A stretch of DNA of 64,000 nucleotides from a virus (Duplodnaviria > Caudoviricetes): positions 36,520 through 100,519 of IMG/VR virus record IMGVR_UViG_3300029305_001467. The stretch is one strand, 5' to 3'. The position numbers and the translations under genes are program-made. This document shows positions 35,580-45,297 of this stretch, piece after piece. Position 1 is the stretch's first letter, and every line of letters begins with the position of its first letter. Below the pieces are notes generated by a model. The model was given only the letters and a program-made list of their open reading frames with translations. It was not told the DNA's origin and made no database searches.

Positions 35580-36185
35580 CTATGTGTGTACATTATTCGC
35601 CTCCAAAAGTTGTTTTAAAGTTACAGGCGTGTAGTTATGAAGCATACATCCTACATTCTTTGCAATACACTCAAGTTTATATTCTCCATTTAACTTTCGA
35701 ATAAACTCTTGATAATACTTTTCTTCATCAGAAGCGTGTACATGTCCATATAAATGAACAGCCCATGCATTATGTTCTTCTCCATCTCTTCTAAAGTGAT
35801 GTTGATGATTCCAAAATGCAATTGGGAAGTGAGACATTACAACATGATACTCTTTGCCATCTACAATATCTTTAATTTCCTTGTAATTAACCACTTCTAC
35901 AAACAATTGCCGGTATCTTTGATCCTTAACACGGTCATGATTGCCAAGCACTAAATGCTTATTGCCTCGCAATGTACTTACAAACTGAATTGCATCTTCA
36001 TTTTCCTTCCACGCTAAGTCTCCACATACATACACATGGTCTGCATTTGTAACTACGCTGTTCCAATTTTCTTTAATCGTACTATGCATTTCGTCCAACG
36101 TCCTAAAAGGTCTACCATCAAAGTCATTACCTTCTTTCGTTACATTCTTATGAAAGAGATGTAAATCACTGATATAGTAATTAAT
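35580..36185 (-). CDS. Calcineurin-like metallophosphoesterase
   Basis: SDLH, GD, GNHD, SHFP, YGHVH; probable ATT start after GGAGGTGA. Confidence 0.85.
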   Translation of the reverse strand: MNYYISDLHLFHKNVTKEGNDFDGRPFRTLDEMHSTIKENWNSVVTNADHVYVCGDLAWKENEDAIQFVSTLRGNKHLVLGNHDRVKDQRYRQLFVEVVNYKEIKDIVDGKEYHVVMSHFPIAFWNHQHHFRRDGEEHNAWAVHLYGHVHASDEEKYYQEFIRKLNGEYKLECIAKNVGCMLHNYTPVTLKQLLEANNVHT

Positions 36186-36234
36186 ATTAATCACCTCCAA
36201 ACCACCATAAAACCTTCGTTTCATCGTGATTTTT

Positions 36235-36281
36235 ATTCTATATATTGTGTTTATCATTTATCGCAACACTATATATGGTAT
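36235..36281. promoter_or_regulatory. Tandem NrdR-like boxes
   Basis: ATTCTATATATTGTGT (36235) and ACACTATATATGGTAT (36266), starts 31 bp apart. Confidence 0.6.
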
Positions 36282-37165
36282 TAGTTCTCACTCAAAATTT
36301 TCTGAAACATATCATCAATATTATCCATGATTGGAAATCTCTCAGTTGCCAATGAATTTTTACCAAAATTGCCTTCTACTAAGTCCAAGTAGAAAGTGTA
36401 AACCCCGTCGTCCCCCATATAGAATTCATTCCAATCTTCTTCGCTCATCAATCTCTTTACATCAAGCTGCTTAATTGCCAAATTGTCAAAGCTCACTACA
36501 TCAAAGTGATTGAGTATTTCTTCAAGGTTCTCATACAACCACATCTGTCTTACTACAATGTTTTCGTGGTCAGTATCATACCAGTCTTCTCCTCGTCTTA
36601 ACTGTTTGTAACCAAGAATGAGCATTTTCAAGTTATTATCAGCCAACAATTCTACATCTGAAGGTCTTAAAATACCGTTGATAACGTGAATAACTGCGTT
36701 TGGATAGGTCTTTACAAGAGAAACAAATTCTTCTGTAGGCTCTTTTAATGAGATACCAAGTCCAAAAATCAGTCCTCTATCAACCAAATCACGAATCATA
36801 TCTTGATACCTCTCGAAATGAATCTGATTTACAGTCATGTTTGCTACCACTTTCTTCTCTTTTAGCTTCTCAAGTAATGGAATTAAATCAGGATGACTCA
36901 TATCATTTCCATTGATAGCAAGTTCTGTATACGGATGTAATGTATCTAAAAACTTATAATTGAGAATGTCACCATGCTTACCATTAGGAGTACACCCTTC
37001 ATAGCAGAATGGACATCCACCATCACACTTATCCGTAATCTTGCAGTCACAATTCTCTGCAAAAGCAGGAATAAATTCATCTTCATTTGTTTCTCTGATT
37101 TTCGTACCGTCTGCTAACAAACGCACATTATAGTTTCCGTTCTTGTATACTCCTAATGTCTTCAT
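36281..37165 (-). CDS. Radical SAM protein
   Basis: CDGGCPFC (CxxxCxxC). Confidence 0.9.
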   Translation of the reverse strand: MKTLGVYKNGNYNVRLLADGTKIRETNEDEFIPAFAENCDCKITDKCDGGCPFCYEGCTPNGKHGDILNYKFLDTLHPYTELAINGNDMSHPDLIPLLEKLKEKKVVANMTVNQIHFERYQDMIRDLVDRGLIFGLGISLKEPTEEFVSLVKTYPNAVIHVINGILRPSDVELLADNNLKMLILGYKQLRRGEDWYDTDHENIVVRQMWLYENLEEILNHFDVVSFDNLAIKQLDVKRLMSEEDWNEFYMGDDGVYTFYLDLVEGNFGKNSLATERFPIMDNIDDMFQKILSEN

Positions 37166-37174
37166 GGTTGCCTC

Positions 37175-37709
37175 CTAGTATTCGTTTTCCTTATCTTCGA
37201 TAACAATTTCTCTGTTGTAGATAATATCTCTTACTCTCTCTTTATACTTCTCTCTATTTGTTAAAATCTCATCATCATTACCAGTCATAATGTCATCAAT
37301 AGAATCGTATTCGTCATAAGTTGTGTCATAATATGGGAAATAAGTTTTCTTATCACCATTTCTATATGTAGGACACTCAAAAATAACTTCTGTATTACTC
37401 TCTTCTTTTACGACTTCTGCTAACCACTTAAACCAATCTAATCCAATCATTGCCTCAAAAGACTTTTCAATTTCCAATTCATCATAATCCATTCTTCTCT
37501 CACAAATACTTGCAAGCATTGTAACGATGTAATTTAACTTACCTAACTCATCAAAAATATCTGTTCCATAAGAATAAGTATCATTCAACACAACTTTTGA
37601 ATCTCTTGGAATATCTGAATACTGTAACTTTCCCCTGTTATGAATGCTTACTGAATGTGTGCTACTACTATTAGTTTCAAAAACACCAACTCTAATCTGT
37701 CTCTTCATG
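37175..37709 (-). CDS. Hypothetical protein with FETNSSSTH N-terminal motif
   Basis: MKRQIRVGVFETNSSSTHS. Confidence 0.7.
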
Positions 37710-37712
37710 ATT

Positions 37713-38288
37713 TTAATTTCCTTTCTTATAAATTTCATAACTATCAAACTCTGGCTTCAATCCACCATATCTTGTATAGTTGCCCCACTGAGTTACCTCT
37801 TCTCCTTCGTTGACATACATATAGTCACTAAATGCATCACCATTGTCATTACCGGTAACAATCATGCTGTCACCAAATAAATATCTCATCAACCTATCCG
37901 AATCAGATAATACTGCTTCTAAAAATTCTCTTGTGTCATTAGCATGATCAATATATCCATCAATATCATAATGATAATAAATCTTATCATCATACTCCCA
38001 TGAATCAACATCTGGTTCCGGAATAACATATTCAATATGATTATCATCTAAAATATTTATTAATTGTCGTAGCTTCTCATCTGCGTAGTCCTTCTCTTGG
38101 TCAAAAATTGCCGTAATTAAATAAGATGCTTTGCTGTGCATATCATGATAGGTATCAAATTCCCATCCAAACTCACCAATCTCAAATTCAATATAATCTC
38201 TCTTTTTATAACCTTCCTTTGCAATGCAAATAGCATGTGTGCTACTTGAATTTGTTTCAAAACAACCTCTTCTAATCTGTCTCTTCAT
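37713..38288 (-). CDS. Hypothetical protein with FETNSSSTH N-terminal motif
   Basis: MKRQIRRGCFETNSSSTHA. Confidence 0.7.
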   Translation of the reverse strand: MKRQIRRGCFETNSSSTHAICIAKEGYKKRDYIEFEIGEFGWEFDTYHDMHSKASYLITAIFDQEKDYADEKLRQLINILDDNHIEYVIPEPDVDSWEYDDKIYYHYDIDGYIDHANDTREFLEAVLSDSDRLMRYLFGDSMIVTGNDNGDAFSDYMYVNEGEEVTQWGNYTRYGGLKPEFDSYEIYKKGN

Positions 38289-40526
38289 TTAAAATCTCCT
38301 TTCATAATTACTTTAAAATTAACTTTCTATTGTGTGTAACTTGTCAATACAATAACCCTCTTTACGTTCTGCAAAGTATAAGATAGTCTGTCCTGTTAAT
38401 TCTTCAAAAATTTCATACATTCTACCAATTGCAGTGTACTCACAAAGCGTACCAAATTCTTCTACCTTTAATTTTGAGCCACCAAAATATTCATATGCTT
38501 TAACTAAAGCATCATAGTGTTCTTCTGCTCTAATATCAATCGCAGTTGTATCATTACCATTCACTGATGAACTTACAAATACATATGTGTTCATAGTCTA
38601 ATTCTCCTTCAACTCTCTATAGGCAATTACACCACACATTCTATTACCTTTTGCAGCTCCATTTGTTGCTCTGAAATAATTTGATGAAAACGCATTATGA
38701 ACATAAATTGCATTACACTTGCAAGGTTGTCCATCCATATCTTCATAAATAATTTCTACTTCTTTATCCCATAACAAAGGGCTTGGGTCTGGTTCAATAA
38801 TTCCTAATTTATTCCATCCACCCTTTGCAATTTCTTCTCTACATCTTCTCTTATTTTCTTCAGTCATAATATTTTCCTCCAATTTTCTCTTTAGAATCTT
38901 TGTTTTATGGGATTACTCTAAACTCTTATACTCTGCCAACCGGTAAAGCCAATCGATCTTGTCATTCAGTTCTTTTATCTGCTTTTCTAATTCAGCAGCC
39001 TTCTTCTTACTGTCTGTTCTGTTATATTTTTTCCATAATTCATCGTGTTGTTTGCTAAGACTCCTATATAATTCATCTATATCTTCTTCTGCAACAACAA
39101 CAATCTCAATTGGCTCTCCACAAAACGGACAATGATTTATTTTATAATAAACTGATTGTTCCCATATATAATCGCTATCCCAATCACCATATGGTATTGT
39201 ATGGAATATTGCGAATCCAGGCAAATAATCTTCTTCATAATCATCTTCGTTCTCATATAAATCATTATCAAATGAGATACAAGGGTTTTCTTTAATATTA
39301 TTACAACACCACGAAAATGGTTTATACTTATATTTTTCTATTCCGTCAAATTTCTGCTTGATTAATTCTATCTTCAATTTTTCACCTCCAAAATGCCAAT
39401 GAAATGTCTAATTTATCTCTCCTTAAACTCAATCTCATTTTCCTTTAACCAATCAACCAAAGGATTAAAGTAAATTTCCGGTCTCACAATATTAGGTACA
39501 TTTTCTCTTGCCCATTCTAAACGCTTCTTAGAAAGCTCTCCGCCATGAGAAATATAATCAAGTTCAAGAGTATGGAGTTTATCTGCTGTTTTCAAATCAT
39601 ACTCCTCGTACAGATATCTAGAAGGTAGATTGCTAGACCATATAACAACCATATCTTCCTTACGCTTTAACTTTTCTATCTTAATCTTAGATAGTTCAGT
39701 TATTAAATCCATGCCTTCTTCTTCCATATTGTTTATATCGAAGAATGTCTTAATAATTCTTATGTCACTCATGCCAGTAAGAACTTGTGTATCTGTTAAC
39801 TCCTTAAGTGTTACCATAAGTATTCACTCTCCTTTCATCCAACAATAAATCTCGTGATTTATCATTCTACTTACCAAAATATATCCACCATTTATAAACT
39901 CTAGTATTAATCTTCTGTTTCTTAAGTTCTTTTAATTTGAAATTATTATCTTGATATAATTCAATCTGTTCCTTTACCAATTCATCAGATTTTAATTCTG
40001 GGTATAAGCTAACCAAAGTAATAAAACTTTCCGACTTCAATCCAGTAAATGTCTCGTTCTCGAACTCCATATATTTATCTACAACAAGCTCAATCTGATT
40101 CTCAATATGTTTATTCTCCTCTGTGTACATCGAAATCATTTCGTCCATAGTAGATGTATTTACGAGTTTCCCAGTGACCCAAAGCAATGCACAAAATACA
40201 ATCATTACTAAAATTGCATCAAATACTTGTAGACCACCTCTAGTAAACTCGTCTTTGACAAATCTACTTATTAAAATAAATACTATTACAAAAATTAAAA
40301 ATAATAAAATAAGCATAACAACTCTCCTTTAAATCAACAATCTAAGACTGTTTTGTTTTACCATTCTCACATACAACATTCGCACCTTGAATATTTACCA
40401 TGTTCCCACCTACTAACGGACAGTTAACGCAACCTTCGTGTTCAGCACAAATACGATAAGTTTCTTGGATGACAATCATACCTCCCATTTGTTCATTCAT
40501 CATGTTGGGATCAAAATTAAATACCA

Positions 40527-41666
40527 TTATGCCACCTCCTTCGATGCATCAATATGTAAATACTGGTTCATAACTGTCTCTAAAATATGCAACTTATCTT
40601 CCATGATTCCCTTATCCTTGGTGGAATTAGAGTCATTAATTTCTGCAAAGGAAAGAACGTTAGTCTTTTCGTCACTACCCTTCTTAACCTTATATTCTCT
40701 CTTAACCTCAACCTTAATTTCCTTTAATGTATCGTAGTTTTCAAGGAACTCTTGAAACTTCTCATCACTCAGCCCACTCTTAACAAAGCGATCATATAAC
40801 ATAAATAGTAATACAGTATTCTTTGTTCCAAACAATTGGCCAGTCTCAGGTGTTACAACTTCGAGAAGTCTATCAAGATAATTTTCAACAGTATTGAACA
40901 TTTCTTCAGTTGCATTCTCATTTAAGAACTTACCCATCTTACGAGCATCCTTGCTTGTCCAATCATCGAAGAAATTAATACCCATAACAATCTCGGATAC
41001 TACCTTATCAATATCGCCGTTTCTATCCTTGGTTTCAGAGTAGTTTGCACAATCATTGAAGAAAGCATGGTTTGCAAGTTTCTTGACGAACTTGGCTGCA
41101 TTATGCATATAACAAACAAGCTTCTGACTTGTCTTCATTGCAACTCCACTATTATATCTAGCGATATGTCTACCAACTTCTTCATCCGTACAATCAAGAT
41201 GCTTAACTACATCAACAGGACAATTATCAAAGTCTTCCTTCAGCTTTTCCGGCAAATCTTTGTATGCCTTACCTCTTAAATCATATGTAATATTCTGATA
41301 CACAATATGTCCTTCTTCATCTTTAACTGCCTCTTGGTATTCAATTGCACAAGGATTGATATTTCTTCCAAGTTTAAATCTTCCAGCTTTAAAGTTCTCA
41401 ATGGTAGTTGAACGCTGGAGACCATCAATCAACCAAAGTACAACACCTTTATCTGTAAGCTGTTCGCAAATCTTAATAGGGTCGAAGTCTTCATTTTTTA
41501 TGACAGTGACAATGAAATTATCACGAGTCTCTTTACTCCATTGTCCGGACTTTCTCTGCTGTGGATGATCATCTCTTAAATCACCTCTTGCAACCATGTT
41601 ACAAAGCTTTGATACCATATAAGTATCTCTCTTGATTTTGTCTCTTAATAATTCCATAGTCGTCAC
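40527..41666 (-). CDS. DUF262/ParB-like domain protein
   Basis: QQR...W, LIDGLQRSTT, RYNSG. Confidence 0.65.
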   Translation of the reverse strand: MTTMELLRDKIKRDTYMVSKLCNMVARGDLRDDHPQQRKSGQWSKETRDNFIVTVIKNEDFDPIKICEQLTDKGVVLWLIDGLQRSTTIENFKAGRFKLGRNINPCAIEYQEAVKDEEGHIVYQNITYDLRGKAYKDLPEKLKEDFDNCPVDVVKHLDCTDEEVGRHIARYNSGVAMKTSQKLVCYMHNAAKFVKKLANHAFFNDCANYSETKDRNGDIDKVVSEIVMGINFFDDWTSKDARKMGKFLNENATEEMFNTVENYLDRLLEVVTPETGQLFGTKNTVLLFMLYDRFVKSGLSDEKFQEFLENYDTLKEIKVEVKREYKVKKGSDEKTNVLSFAEINDSNSTKDKGIMEDKLHILETVMNQYLHIDASKEVA

Positions 41667-41678
41667 CTTTGTCCTTTC

Positions 41679-42242
41679 TTATACTAATGCTCTTAACGGT
41701 CTGATACGTTCGTCTGCAAGAATTCTCTCTACAGAATTCTTAAAGTGCTTCATTGTAATATGTAATTCTTTGCAAATATCATCTGGTGTTGCTTCATCAG
41801 ACAATAAGAATGCAATCTTTCTCTGTAATGGGGACAGACTAGCGAGATATTCCTTTACTTCTTTTCTCCATTCATCTTCTTCCTCTTTAAATATCTCGCT
41901 TTCAACTGTCTCATCAGCAGCAATTACATCTTTTAATGTACATCCACTATCTTCATCCCCAATCGGAGTATCAATAGAAATGGAGTTCTTATCAGCTTGT
42001 CTCTTATAGCGACACCTTCTTGTCATTTCGGTTTTGAATTTCTTAACCAGGCATGAATATAAGAATCCATCAAAATCTTGAGAGTCGTCAAATGATATCA
42101 AAACATGAGTAAACACTTCATTTGCAATGCTGTAAAAATCCTCTTTATCAACATCTACAAAATGCAAACTTCGTAACACCCTATCCACCATATCTCTCAG
42201 TTTCTTTGCATTGTTCTCATAATATTTGTTAACATGTTCCAT
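41679..42242 (-). CDS. Phage sigma-70-family factor
   Basis: Region 2-like EDFYSIA...FDDSQDFDGFL, SIDTPIG, C-terminal HTH. Confidence 0.7.
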   Translation of the reverse strand: MEHVNKYYENNAKKLRDMVDRVLRSLHFVDVDKEDFYSIANEVFTHVLISFDDSQDFDGFLYSCLVKKFKTEMTRRCRYKRQADKNSISIDTPIGDEDSGCTLKDVIAADETVESEIFKEEEDEWRKEVKEYLASLSPLQRKIAFLLSDEATPDDICKELHITMKHFKNSVERILADERIRPLRALV

Positions 42243-42432
42243 CGTTTTATATTGCCTCCTATGTAAGATTTAGTCTTGTTTGCTTAATTCATTTTGAAAT
42301 AATTCTTCGAAATCGTGATTGTCATCAATTGTCTGATGCTCTGTTTCATAATCGCATTGAGAACACCTAAAGAATCTCTCTCTGTTCTCTTTTGAAAAAG
42401 ACAATGTTTCTACCATAACAGAATTACAGTTC

Positions 42433-43041
42433 TTACATCTCATCATTACCATCCTCTTCTATCACTCTAAAACTGTATTTTCGTGTAAATAAACCATCAA
42501 TTGCTCTTTGAACTCTTTCTCTTTGCAAACAAGCAGGGCTTATTTCCCTCAAAATGTTGGTTACGATGAGGAGTTCATCTTTAATTATTCTTCTCCTTTC
42601 TCTGTTTTCTCTTATAGACTTGTATAACTTCCAGCCGTTGTACAAGTCTTTCGACTGTTCAATTTCAATAATATGTAATATATCTAAGAACTCTTGGTCT
42701 GATTTATCTAATTCTAATATCAGTTCACTTTCTCTTGTTTTTGCTTCATTTAAAATGTCAGCACACAATCCAAACTTATCAACCCATCGTGTAATATCCT
42801 CAGAGATTACAACAGAAGATGGTTGCTTTTGAATTGTTTTAACCTCTTGTTTTTCTCTGATTTCCGGAATTGCTTCCACTCTAAACCCCATTCGTTTAAG
42901 AGATTTTGGCAAGCTGGCAAGTATGTTTCTTGCTTTTGAGTATTCGAAAACTCCCTTTACACTGTCAACACAAGTAACAGCACAACCTTGTGGACTAAGT
43001 TTAATGAATACATTCTTGTCATTTTTGATACAATAGTCCAA
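42433..43041 (-). CDS. Hypothetical protein
   Basis: RBS GGAGG with TTG start; coupled to Zn-ribbon gene 42270-42452. Confidence 0.6.
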   Translation of the reverse strand: MDYCIKNDKNVFIKLSPQGCAVTCVDSVKGVFEYSKARNILASLPKSLKRMGFRVEAIPEIREKQEVKTIQKQPSSVVISEDITRWVDKFGLCADILNEAKTRESELILELDKSDQEFLDILHIIEIEQSKDLYNGWKLYKSIRENRERRRIIKDELLIVTNILREISPACLQRERVQRAIDGLFTRKYSFRVIEEDGNDEM

Positions 43042-43074
43042 AGCAACAACCTCCTATTCTGTTTTAATTTGTAA

Positions 43075-43162
43075 TGTGCACTCCCAGGATCGAACTGGGG
43101 TTTACCTTGCTAGGGCTTACGGTTTATAAGACCGTGGCTCTCACCTACTGAGCTAAGTGCAC
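43075..43162 (-). tRNA. tRNA with UAU (Ile) anticodon and long variable arm
   Basis: GTGCACT/AGTGCAC acceptor, GCTC/GAGC D-stem, ACGGT-CTTATAA-ACCGT anticodon arm, 19-nt variable region, CCCAG-TTCGATC-CTGGG T-arm. Confidence 0.85.
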
Positions 43163-43165
43163 AGA

Positions 43166-43237
43166 TGCGTCGCACGGGTGCCGACCCCGCCTGTCCCAAA
43201 TTAAAAGTTTGGTGTATAACCGCTCTACCAACGACGC
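43166..43237 (-). tRNA. tRNA-Lys(UUU)-like, atypical T-loop
   Basis: GCGTCGT/GCGACGC acceptor, CCAAA-CTTTTAA-TTTGG anticodon arm, T-loop GTCGGCA. Confidence 0.65.
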
Positions 43238-43259
43238 TTGGAGCAGAACCAAGTTCTGC

Positions 43260-44156
43260 TTATACTGCTTGTTTAAAACCTTTTCTTTTGGATGGTAAAT
43301 TATATTTGTCACACCATTTTCTAACTGCTCTATCTGAAACATTATATAATTCGCCTATTTTAACAAAAGACATTTCCTTTATTAATTTTTCTAGTTCTTC
43401 TTTAGTAGGTATATTTTTTGATTGAATTCTTCTCCAACATTCTAAACAATACTTTGCTTCTATAGTTTTAATATTCTCTTTACATATTGGACAAAAATTA
43501 TATTTGCATCCATTTTTGATAATAATTATGCTGCCAATATCTTTCTCCCCATTCTCTATTTCTCTTTTTGTTCTGTTTATGTACTTATATTCTATTTTGT
43601 CATATTTCTCACATACATATATACCGTTTTCTTTTAAAATGGCATTCCTGCCGTTATGATAAGAAATATGATCTGCTTCTGTAGCAAAGATCATTAAGTT
43701 GTTTTCATCATTGTTTGTTCTATCGAAATCTTTATGATGTACACACTCTTCGTCTGTTAAAGGTCTCTCCAACATTTTTTCTGCTACAAGTACATGTTCA
43801 TATACACATCCGTTATCAAATGCTCTTGGATGTTCAGGGGAATATACTGCAATATATCCGTTTAAATACGTTTTTCCATCATTTTTATACCCTCTTATAC
43901 TAACTAAATTGTTTCTTCGATTATCGTTATTAAAACCGTTCTTATGTACGTATATGCCATCGCCCATTAATAACCTATGTAATGTAAGTCTTTTCTCTTC
44001 GTCTTTACAAACAACATCGCCAGACGAACATAATGTCCAATAATACCTTGAAACCAAATCATAATCTTCTTTATCAAAATAAAATTTATTGTTCCTTCTA
44101 GATGTATACCCAATAACATAATCATCTACAAATTCATACCTATTTTTCTTCGTAAT
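43260..44156 (-). CDS. Double-HNH endonuclease with C-terminal Zn ribbon and HTH
   Basis: VHKNGFNNDNRRNNL and VHHKDFDRTNNDENNL; ATT start after AGGAGG extends the ORF. Confidence 0.8.
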   Translation of the reverse strand: MTKKNRYEFVDDYVIGYTSRRNNKFYFDKEDYDLVSRYYWTLCSSGDVVCKDEEKRLTLHRLLMGDGIYVHKNGFNNDNRRNNLVSIRGYKNDGKTYLNGYIAVYSPEHPRAFDNGCVYEHVLVAEKMLERPLTDEECVHHKDFDRTNNDENNLMIFATEADHISYHNGRNAILKENGIYVCEKYDKIEYKYINRTKREIENGEKDIGSIIIIKNGCKYNFCPICKENIKTIEAKYCLECWRRIQSKNIPTKEELEKLIKEMSFVKIGELYNVSDRAVRKWCDKYNLPSKRKGFKQAV

Positions 44157-44279
44157 TAAATCCTCCTTATTTTTAACGTTAGTTTTTAAAGCATTGGTAT
44201 CTAATACAATGCTTACACTTTATTATTCTCTTTTCTCAAATGGGAAATTTCGCAGAAATTGCTTTCATAAAAGAATTGC

Positions 44280-44442
44280 TTGACTTATCGAATATAAATA
44301 TGTAAAATAATACCAAGCGCAAATCTGCGTTTCACAATCTCAGACCATATCGGTCAAAGAGCTTGTGTTTTATGTTTGGTTTGAAGGAAGTCTAGTGCGG
44401 AGGTACGCCAATACCAATGATGCACTAGGCTTTCTTCTTTTT
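44280..44442 (+). ncRNA. Candidate antisense sRNA
   Basis: TTGACT-17-TAAAAT promoter; terminator AGTCTAGTGC...GCACTAGGCT plus T tract. Confidence 0.5.
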
Positions 44443-44450
44443 GTATTTCT

Positions 44451-44504
44451 ATATTATCACGAACATTCGTTCTTGTCAATCACAACTTATCGAACTTTTG
44501 TTCT
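44451..44504 (-). promoter_or_regulatory. Leftward sigma-A promoter with two LexA (SOS) boxes
   Basis: TTGACA-17-TAATAT (TG-extended); CGAACattcGTTCT at 44460 and CGAACttttGTTCT at 44491. Confidence 0.75.
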
Positions 44505-44790
44505 ATATCAATTCTTTTACCAATACGATTTTTTGCAATCCGATTGGTCTTATACTTCTTATATCTTGATATTCTGTAAAACAATCAAGCCTCTTAACTA
44601 TATCATCTACTGATGAAACAACTGTTTTAATATCTGAAAAAAGCTTTTCGCACTCTTCTCTTCTCTTTTGCTCGAACAGAACTTCTTGTTCTTCTTTTTC
44701 AAGGTCTCGAACTGCAACTAAAACCTTTGCGTTTCTTCCACAAATTTTCATTGCGTCCTCTACTGTCATTTCCACCAACATGTCTCTCAT
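44503..44790 (-). CDS. Hypothetical protein downstream of MazF homolog
   Basis: AGGAGG RBS. Confidence 0.6.
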   Translation of the reverse strand: MRDMLVEMTVEDAMKICGRNAKVLVAVRDLEKEEQEVLFEQKRREECEKLFSDIKTVVSSVDDIVKRLDCFTEYQDIRSIRPIGLQKIVLVKELI

Positions 44791-44804
44791 GCCGTACCCT
44801 CCTT

Positions 44805-45152
44805 TTATTCTCCAAAATTTGCAAGATATACTCTCTTAATAGCTTCTCTTTCTTCCTTATCGGTAACAGTACCAATCTTACAAATAATCCTCTGGCTGCT
44901 GATTACTCTCATCTGCTCACCAAGAACAATAGAGTCGGTCTTTAAGCCAGTATCAACACTCTTTTTAATAAGAGTATGCGTTGGCTGATTCAAAGATTTA
45001 AGTTTCGAACTAAGCGGAAAGACGATTGTTGTACTTGAAAAAATATTACCTGTATCGTTCTGAACGATTAATACCGGTCTGATGCCACCTTGTTCAGAAC
45101 CAACTGTTTGTCCCAAGTCGGCTTGTACAATGTCATATCTTCTAATATCCAT
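44805..45152 (-). CDS. PemK/MazF-family endoribonuclease homolog
   Basis: ADLGQTVGSEQGGIRPVLIVQNDTGN signature. Confidence 0.9.
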   Translation of the reverse strand: MDIRRYDIVQADLGQTVGSEQGGIRPVLIVQNDTGNIFSSTTIVFPLSSKLKSLNQPTHTLIKKSVDTGLKTDSIVLGEQMRVISSQRIICKIGTVTDKEEREAIKRVYLANFGE

Positions 45153-45193
45153 ATTCGCATCCTCCTTTCAAGTGTTTTCCTTTGATATTTCAT

Positions 45194-45222
45194 AGTATAT
45201 CACAGACTTTATATATTGTCAA
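45194..45222 (-). promoter_or_regulatory. Consensus sigma-A promoter for the mazF-like operon, divergent from xre
   Basis: TTGACA-17-TATACT. Confidence 0.75.
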
Positions 45223-45297
45223 GTATATATATAAAATATTTTATATTTATTTTTTTCTTTATATATGCTATCATATATACAAAGGATGGTGTATATA

